This document shows, piece by piece, positions 58,773 to 64,000 of a stretch of DNA of 64,000 nucleotides. The stretch covers positions 41,993 to 105,992 of the forward strand of contig JAEWIE010000040.1 of assembly GCA_023387375.1 (NCBI GenBank), given 5' to 3'. The position numbers were made by a program, and so were the translations under genes. How positions within the stretch are numbered: the stretch's first letter is position 1; each line of letters begins with the position of its first letter. A model generated the notes under the pieces. The model worked only from the letters and a program-made list of their open reading frames with translations. It was not told the DNA's origin and made no database searches. This DNA is from Bacteroidota bacterium. GTDB lineage: Bacteria; Bacteroidota; Bacteroidia; Flavobacteriales; Weeksellaceae.

Positions 58773-60131
58773 ATGGAAAACCCTAACATCCAGCAAAAAA
58801 TCCAAGACTTTATTGCAAAAATAGAAGCCAGAAATCCAAATGAACCTGAATTTCTGCAGGCAGTCAAAGAAGTAGCCAACACGGTTCTACCTTTTATTGA
58901 AACAAGAGCAGAATACAGTGGCAAAAAGCTTTTAGAGCGTATGGCTGAAGCGGAAAGGATCATAATTTTTAGGGTTCCATGGATGGACGACAAAGGAGAA
59001 ATTCATGTAAACAGAGGGTATCGAATCCAAATGAATTCGGCCATTGGCCCCTACAAAGGGGGAATTCGTTTTCACCCGACAGTCAATCTCTCGGTACTTA
59101 AATTCTTAGCTTTTGAACAAGTCTTTAAAAACTCGCTCACAACTCTTCCAATGGGTGGAGGAAAAGGAGGAGCAGACTTTGATCCCCAAGGCAAATCCGA
59201 TATGGAGGTCATGAGATTCTGCCAGGCCTTTATGACTGAGATGTGCAAGCACATAGGTCCCGAAACCGATGTTCCAGCAGGAGACATCGGAGTGGGAGCA
59301 AGAGAAATTGGTTATCTATTCGGACAGTACAAAAAAATACGAAATGAATTCAGTGGCGTACTTACAGGCAAAGGACTTGCCTATGGAGGCTCCTTAATTA
59401 GACCGGAGGCCACTGGGTATGGAGTTGTATATTTCTGTGAACAGATGCTTAAAACCATTGGCGAAACCATTGCTGGTAAAACTTTTACAGTCTCTGGATT
59501 TGGAAATGTCGCATGGGGAGTAGTGAAAAAGATCAATGAACTAGGTGGAAAAGTTTTAACGATTTCGGGACCTGATGGATATATTTATGACAAGGACGGA
59601 ATTTCTGGAGAAAAAGTAGATTACCTGCTCACCATGAGAGGTTCAGGTACCAATCGTGCAGAGGATTTTGCTACCCGATTTCCATCCGCAGAATTTCATG
59701 CGGGGAAAAGACCATGGGAAGTGAAATGCGATGTTGCAATTCCAGCGGCTACTCAAAATGAACTTTTGTTGGAGGACGCAGAACTTTTAGTTTCTAACGG
59801 GGTACTATGTGTAACAGAGGCCGCAAATATGCCTTCTACACTTGAAGCCATTACCCATTTCGTTGAAAATAAAATTCTCTTCAGTCCAGGTAAAGCTTCC
59901 AATGCAGGAGGGGTTGCCACTTCGGGATTAGAAATGACTCAAAATTCCATCCGCCTAAATTGGACTTCAGAAGAGGTCGATGCTAGACTAAAAGAAATTA
60001 TGATCGGAATTCACAAGGCTTGTCGTGATTATGGAAAAGAAGAGAATGGATATGTGAATTATGTCAAAGGAGCTAACATTGCAGGATTTGTCAAAGTGGC
60101 AGAAGCTATGCTTGCCCAAGGCATTGTGTAA
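58773..60131 (+). CDS. gdhA: NADP-specific glutamate dehydrogenase
   Basis: LPMGGGKGG catalytic-lysine motif and dinucleotide fold GFGNVAW. ATG at 58773 preferred over the TTG at 58749. Confidence 0.95.
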   Translation: MENPNIQQKIQDFIAKIEARNPNEPEFLQAVKEVANTVLPFIETRAEYSGKKLLERMAEAERIIIFRVPWMDDKGEIHVNRGYRIQMNSAIGPYKGGIRFHPTVNLSVLKFLAFEQVFKNSLTTLPMGGGKGGADFDPQGKSDMEVMRFCQAFMTEMCKHIGPETDVPAGDIGVGAREIGYLFGQYKKIRNEFSGVLTGKGLAYGGSLIRPEATGYGVVYFCEQMLKTIGETIAGKTFTVSGFGNVAWGVVKKINELGGKVLTISGPDGYIYDKDGISGEKVDYLLTMRGSGTNRAEDFATRFPSAEFHAGKRPWEVKCDVAIPAATQNELLLEDAELLVSNGVLCVTEAANMPSTLEAITHFVENKILFSPGKASNAGGVATSGLEMTQNSIRLNWTSEEVDARLKEIMIGIHKACRDYGKEENGYVNYVKGANIAGFVKVAEAMLAQGIV

Positions 60132-60157
60132 CAGGGAAATTATAAGAAGCGGAAAAG

Positions 60158-60190
60158 AATAGGAGCGCCCACTAGCGCTCCTATCTTATT
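60158..60190 (+). terminator. intrinsic terminator after gdhA
   Basis: 10-bp stem ATAGGAGCGC (60158-60167) / GCGCTCCTAT (60174-60183), followed by CTTATTT. Confidence 0.65.
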
Positions 60191-60210
60191 TCATGTCAAT
60201 TTTCATGAAA

Positions 60211-60699
60211 TTACTTTTTTAATTTGCTACTAAGCTTTTCCACAAACATAAAAGCGGCAGGACAAATCACTGTATTTTTCAAGGTAAGAGCGTTAATTTG
60301 ATAGATTCTTTTTCTGTCTGTGTGCGGAAATTCTCGACACGCTTTTGGACGAACATCGTAGATTGAACAGGCATTGTCACTCCCTAAAAAATGACAAGGC
60401 AAATTTTGCAAAACAAGATCCTCATCTTCATCTACGCGAAGGAATTTCGCCTCAAACTCCGATTCTTTCATTTTGAGATGCTTAGAGATGCGCTCTACAT
60501 CTTTAGAAGTAAATAAAGGTCCTGTGGTCTTGCAACAATTGGCGCAACTAAGGCAATCTATTTTTGAGAAGACCTCGTCGTGAACTTCTTGAACCTGATA
60601 GTCTAAATCTTTTGGAGGCTTTTTCTTAAGTCCTTCTAAGAACTTCTTATGGTCCTTTGCTTTTAGAATTGCGGCTTTTCGATTTTGCTCTATATCCAT
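60211..60699 (-). CDS. YkgJ family cysteine cluster protein
   Basis: CLSCANCC cluster plus downstream C..C residues. Start set to the ATG at 60699. Confidence 0.7.
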   Translation of the reverse strand: MDIEQNRKAAILKAKDHKKFLEGLKKKPPKDLDYQVQEVHDEVFSKIDCLSCANCCKTTGPLFTSKDVERISKHLKMKESEFEAKFLRVDEDEDLVLQNLPCHFLGSDNACSIYDVRPKACREFPHTDRKRIYQINALTLKNTVICPAAFMFVEKLSSKLKK

Positions 60700-60836
60700 A
60701 AAATGATGACATCGTAAACTACAGTGGCAAAAATAAGGCATTCTAGTGGGATTCCATGTGGAGTTCTTCCTATTTAACTTAGCCTTGCGTAAAACCCAAA
60801 TTCCTAATCTCCCGACAATTGCCTAATTTTGTAGGT

Positions 60837-61220
60837 ATGAATAAGCTAGAAACCAGAGGAGACATTGAACTTCTCGTCAATACATTCTATAAAAAGGTAG
60901 CCATGGATCCCACCATAGGCTATTTCTTCACGGACATTGCGAAAGTAAACTGGGATTATCACTTACCCCAAATGTATAGCTTTTGGGAAACTCTCCTCTT
61001 CGGACAAGTGTCCTACAAAGGCAATCCCATGGCAAAGCACTTTCCCATCAATGAGATTGTCCCAATCGAAAGAGCGCACTTTGACCATTGGTTAAAATTA
61101 TGGACGGAAACCGTCAATGAACTCTTTGGAGGTGAAATGGCGGAACTTGCAATCTACAAAGCGACCAATATTGCGCGATTAATGGGCCATAAAATGGAAG
61201 TTGCTAGAAAACTACGATAA
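60837..61220 (+). CDS. group III truncated hemoglobin
   Basis: About 127 aa with DIELLVNTFYKKV...FW..LLFG...YKGNPM.KH....HFDHWLKLW pattern. ATG at 60837. Confidence 0.7.
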   Translation: MNKLETRGDIELLVNTFYKKVAMDPTIGYFFTDIAKVNWDYHLPQMYSFWETLLFGQVSYKGNPMAKHFPINEIVPIERAHFDHWLKLWTETVNELFGGEMAELAIYKATNIARLMGHKMEVARKLR

Positions 61221-61224
61221 TCTT

Positions 61225-62301
61225 TTACGGTACGATTACCGTGAATACGTAAGCCGAAAGAATTACGAGCAAAACCGTTCCGTACAAAATATTTGTTTTC
61301 CCTCTACTAAGAGAGAGCATCACCACACAAAACGAAAGAGCGAGCAAGATAATCGATTTTAAGTCTAATCCGAGTACAAAAGGAATTTCATAAAGTACGC
61401 ATACGATTGATACGGCAGGAATGGTAAGACCCACACTGGCAAGAGCCGATCCTAGTCCTAGATTAATTGACGATTGAATTTGATTGTTTTTTGCGGCGCG
61501 GATCGCAGCCACACATTCAGGAAGTAGCACCACCGTCGCGATGATGACCCCAACCAGCGCGTAAGGTGCACCTATGGATTGAACAAAGTCTTCAATGACG
61601 GGCGAAAGGCCTTTTGCCATAAAAATCACAACAGAAAGACAAATTAATAACAACACAAGGCTTCTAAGTGTCGTACTTACAGATGGAGGATCCGCTTCAT
61701 GAATAATTTCTCCTTCTCCTTCGACGATAAAGAAGTTTCTATGCCTCACGGTTTGAACCATCAAAAATGTTCCATAAATGACAAGACACGCAATGGCTAC
61801 AAAAATAAGTTGTGCGTTTGTATAAAAGGGACCTCTCACGCTCGAGGTGTAATTCGGAAGAATTAAAGTGAGAACAATGATGGCAACTAAACTCACAAGG
61901 TAGGTTGTGACCGAACTTTGCATAAAGTTCTGTTCTTTGAATTTCACACCACCAATTAAGATACATACGCCCAAAATTCCATTTAAAATAAGCATCACTG
62001 CGGCAAAAACGGTGTCTCTAGCATAGGTAAGTGCTCCATCCCCACCAGAGAGCATAAACGAGATAATTAAACCTACTTCTAAGATCGTAATACAAATGGC
62101 AAGAATGATGGTTCCATAAGGTTCTCCCACTTTATGAGCGATAACTTCCGCGTGATGAACCGCAGCTAAAACACAAGTAAATAGAAGTATGGCTCCTATT
62201 ATATCCATTAAAGCACTACCGTTTAGCCCTCCGCTCAAATAAAATACAGAGGCTATTATCGGAATTAAAACATACCATTTTAGGAGTCTTTTGAACTTCA
62301 T
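61225..62301 (-). CDS. calcium:proton antiporter (CaCA/ChaA family)
   Basis: 358-aa polytopic protein with two internally repeated halves (alpha-repeat-like GNAPE-type regions are degenerate). Family assigned by overall pattern. Confidence 0.7.
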   Translation of the reverse strand: MKFKRLLKWYVLIPIIASVFYLSGGLNGSALMDIIGAILLFTCVLAAVHHAEVIAHKVGEPYGTIILAICITILEVGLIISFMLSGGDGALTYARDTVFAAVMLILNGILGVCILIGGVKFKEQNFMQSSVTTYLVSLVAIIVLTLILPNYTSSVRGPFYTNAQLIFVAIACLVIYGTFLMVQTVRHRNFFIVEGEGEIIHEADPPSVSTTLRSLVLLLICLSVVIFMAKGLSPVIEDFVQSIGAPYALVGVIIATVVLLPECVAAIRAAKNNQIQSSINLGLGSALASVGLTIPAVSIVCVLYEIPFVLGLDLKSIILLALSFCVVMLSLSRGKTNILYGTVLLVILSAYVFTVIVP

Positions 62302-62376
62302 TCGAAATTTTTTGCAAAATACAAATAACCTATTAAAAATAAGTATTTGATTTGAAAAACTTATAATCTTTTGCGG

Positions 62377-62712
62377 CTATCTCCAGAAATAAAAATCTTG
62401 AAAATCAGTGCCCATATGGAGCAAAAGTCCCAAAAAGAAAAGTCGATAATGTCCTTTTGTAAAAAGAGCGCAAACTCCATAAAGCGCAATCATTGGATAG
62501 GAATGAAGAAGATGAAACCCAATGCTATTTCGATCTGGATCAAACATAGGCGTTGCAAGCAGATGATCTAAGTCCACGAGCATACTTAAAAGCAAAACGA
62601 CGTAGGCCTTTTTCCATTTGGAACGATAAAATAAAAATGCAATGAGTAGAGGAAGTCCAAAATGAAGAAAATAATGAACAAAACTCTTTATAGTAGGTAA
62701 CGTTTCAATCAA
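62377..62712 (-). CDS. small membrane protein, DUF6122/YdjM-like
   Basis: 111 aa, three to four TM segments, His/Asp-rich loop (DLDHLL). TTG start. Confidence 0.5.
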   Translation of the reverse strand: MIETLPTIKSFVHYFLHFGLPLLIAFLFYRSKWKKAYVVLLLSMLVDLDHLLATPMFDPDRNSIGFHLLHSYPMIALYGVCALFTKGHYRLFFLGLLLHMGTDFQDFYFWR

Positions 62713-62714
62713 AA

Positions 62715-63428
62715 TTAATCTTTTAGAAAATTCATTCGAGTCGCAGGATCTAATTTTTCAATTGCGTAGCGAAGTGTCGTGCGAGGCATCCTGCTCGCAT
62801 GCAATTTCAAAAAATCAATTAGCTCATCTTCCTTTCGCTTGCCCATTTCACGCAAAAGCCAACCATTAGCTTTGTGCATTAAATCATGAGAATGATTCAT
62901 ATTCTTCAGCACGAGCTGTTTGGTAAGTTCGTACTCGTCTTTCTTAATATGATACATCGTGGATACAATCGCGATGCGATTCGCCCAGAGATTATTCCGC
63001 TTAGAAAGCTCAATCAGAATGTCCGCCGAATTCGTATCAAAACAGTGTCGGCCTAAAATTTTATAGCAAGAACTATCCACCAAATCCCAATTGTTGACTT
63101 GAGAGAGATTCTCTAAATAGAATCTGACAATTTCGAATCGAATGTCGCGCTCTTTTGCTTTCTCAAATTTTAAAACTAGAATAAACAGGGCGCAGCTTCT
63201 GTGTTCATGAACTTGAGACTGCAACAGCCTTTTAAGCTCTTGTAATGTAATTAAGTGAAATACAGAGCGCGCCACTTTACGCTGATCGGGAACAGACACG
63301 CCCAAAAACTCATCGCCAAACCCATAGTCTCCTTTTTGCGTTTTAAAAAAACGCAAACTTTGTACTCTCCGCTCCTCTTGTGCAAGTAGGGCTAACGCCT
63401 CTTTTAAATCGTTTGCGGTATACTCCAC
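62715..63428 (-). CDS. DNA alkylation repair protein (AlkD-like HEAT repeat)
   Basis: 237-aa helical repeat protein with NNWDLVD and RIAIVST segments, typical of this family. Confidence 0.75.
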   Translation of the reverse strand: MEYTANDLKEALALLAQEERRVQSLRFFKTQKGDYGFGDEFLGVSVPDQRKVARSVFHLITLQELKRLLQSQVHEHRSCALFILVLKFEKAKERDIRFEIVRFYLENLSQVNNWDLVDSSCYKILGRHCFDTNSADILIELSKRNNLWANRIAIVSTMYHIKKDEYELTKQLVLKNMNHSHDLMHKANGWLLREMGKRKEDELIDFLKLHASRMPRTTLRYAIEKLDPATRMNFLKD

Positions 63429-63439
63429 ATTTTCAAACT

Positions 63440-64000
63440 TTAAGAATCAAGCGACTCGTCCTCTTCGAAATATTGAAACAGAAAGTCATTGTAAGGAAAA
63501 CGTGCGATATGCAGTCGGTACACTTCGTCATAAAGAAGCTTTTTAAGCTCTGGGAAGTTTTCTTTGCTCAGGGCAGAAATAAATACCGTAGGAACCTCTG
63601 ATTTTGCCATCCAAGTCTTTTTCCATTCTTCAAGTGAAATGTTCTTTTTTGTAGACGGAGTTAAGTCGTCTCCTTCTTTGGGTTCATAAGCAAAGGCATC
63701 TATTTTATTAAATACCATAATGGTAGGCTTTTGCTTGGCTCCAATTTCGGAAAGTATCTTGTTAACAGAATCGATATGGTCTTCAAAACTTTCGTGCGAT
63801 ATATCCACCACATGCACTAGAAGGTCGGCTTCTCTCACCTCGTCTAATGTAGACTTAAAACTCTCCACGAGTTGAGTCGGTAACTTTCTAATAAACCCAA
63901 CCGTATCGGTAAGTAAAAAGGGAAGGTTCCCAATCACCACCTTTCGTACAGTGGTATCCAGGGTTGCAAAAAGTTTGTTCTCCGCAAACACTTCGGATTT
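63440..64000 (-). CDS. hflX: GTPase HflX (C-terminal part; N-terminus lies beyond the right edge)
   Basis: FATLDTT, LLTDTVGFI and NKID G-domain motifs. The frame stays open to the window edge. Confidence 0.9.
   Translation of the reverse strand, partial: KSEVFAENKLFATLDTTVRKVVIGNLPFLLTDTVGFIRKLPTQLVESFKSTLDEVREADLLVHVVDISHESFEDHIDSVNKILSEIGAKQKPTIMVFNKIDAFAYEPKEGDDLTPSTKKNISLEEWKKTWMAKSEVPTVFISALSKENFPELKKLLYDEVYRLHIARFPYNDFLFQYFEEDESLDS

Noticed and set aside
58628-58993. 121-aa minus-strand ORF overlapping the gdhA start region
   Set aside because: It overlaps the strongly supported gdhA N-terminus in antisense. The non-overlapping part lies in AT-rich intergenic DNA, and the product has no recognisable features.
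1-64000. CRISPR arrays, IS elements or transposases, prophage genes, restriction-modification and known defence or toxin-antitoxin modules
   Set aside because: I scanned the intergenic regions and all ORF translations. No regularly spaced repeats, no transposase, integrase or phage-like proteins, and no nuclease, methylase or NTPase defence signatures were recognisable.

Overview
This window reads as a densely packed core chromosomal segment of a Bacteroidota genome, most likely class Flavobacteriia. The phylum call rests on three things. Many genes have a TAnnTTTG -7 box 10-30 nt upstream of the start. There are Bacteroidota-typical families and pairings (DUF4271 next to a HemD-like gene, DUF4296 after a GT2 mannosyltransferase, DUF4293 upstream of rho, DUF3078, GH3, DUF3127). 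Rho carries a long N-terminal insertion.

I can support about 62 protein genes, 3 tRNAs (Leu-TAG, Gly-GCC, Leu-TAA) and several clean intrinsic terminators. Recognisable blocks:
- hemA-hemC-hemD-hemE operon
- mreB-mreC-mreD-mrdA-rodA operon
- mutL-rhomboid-EEP
- rsfS-ftsH-LUD-cdsA-psd
- oligopeptidase B, a small coupled ORF and a histidine kinase/response regulator pair, all co-directional
- housekeeping genes glyQS, sufS, pyrD, tgt, birA, rho, sod, gdhA, aat, hflX

I found no CRISPR array, IS element, transposase, integrase, or recognisable defence or toxin-antitoxin gene. I do not see a convincing multi-gene novel system. The best candidates for something non-standard are modest:
- a low-GC orphan islet between the tRNA cluster and mutL
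- a small acidic ORF translationally coupled to oligopeptidase B, upstream of a two-component system
- a roughly 180-aa low-complexity Asn/His-containing insertion in Rho
- a recurring TTCCC/GGGA inverted motif in two intergenic regions
- a low-GC cluster of small secreted proteins at the left edge

All family assignments come from motif recognition by eye. No searches were run.
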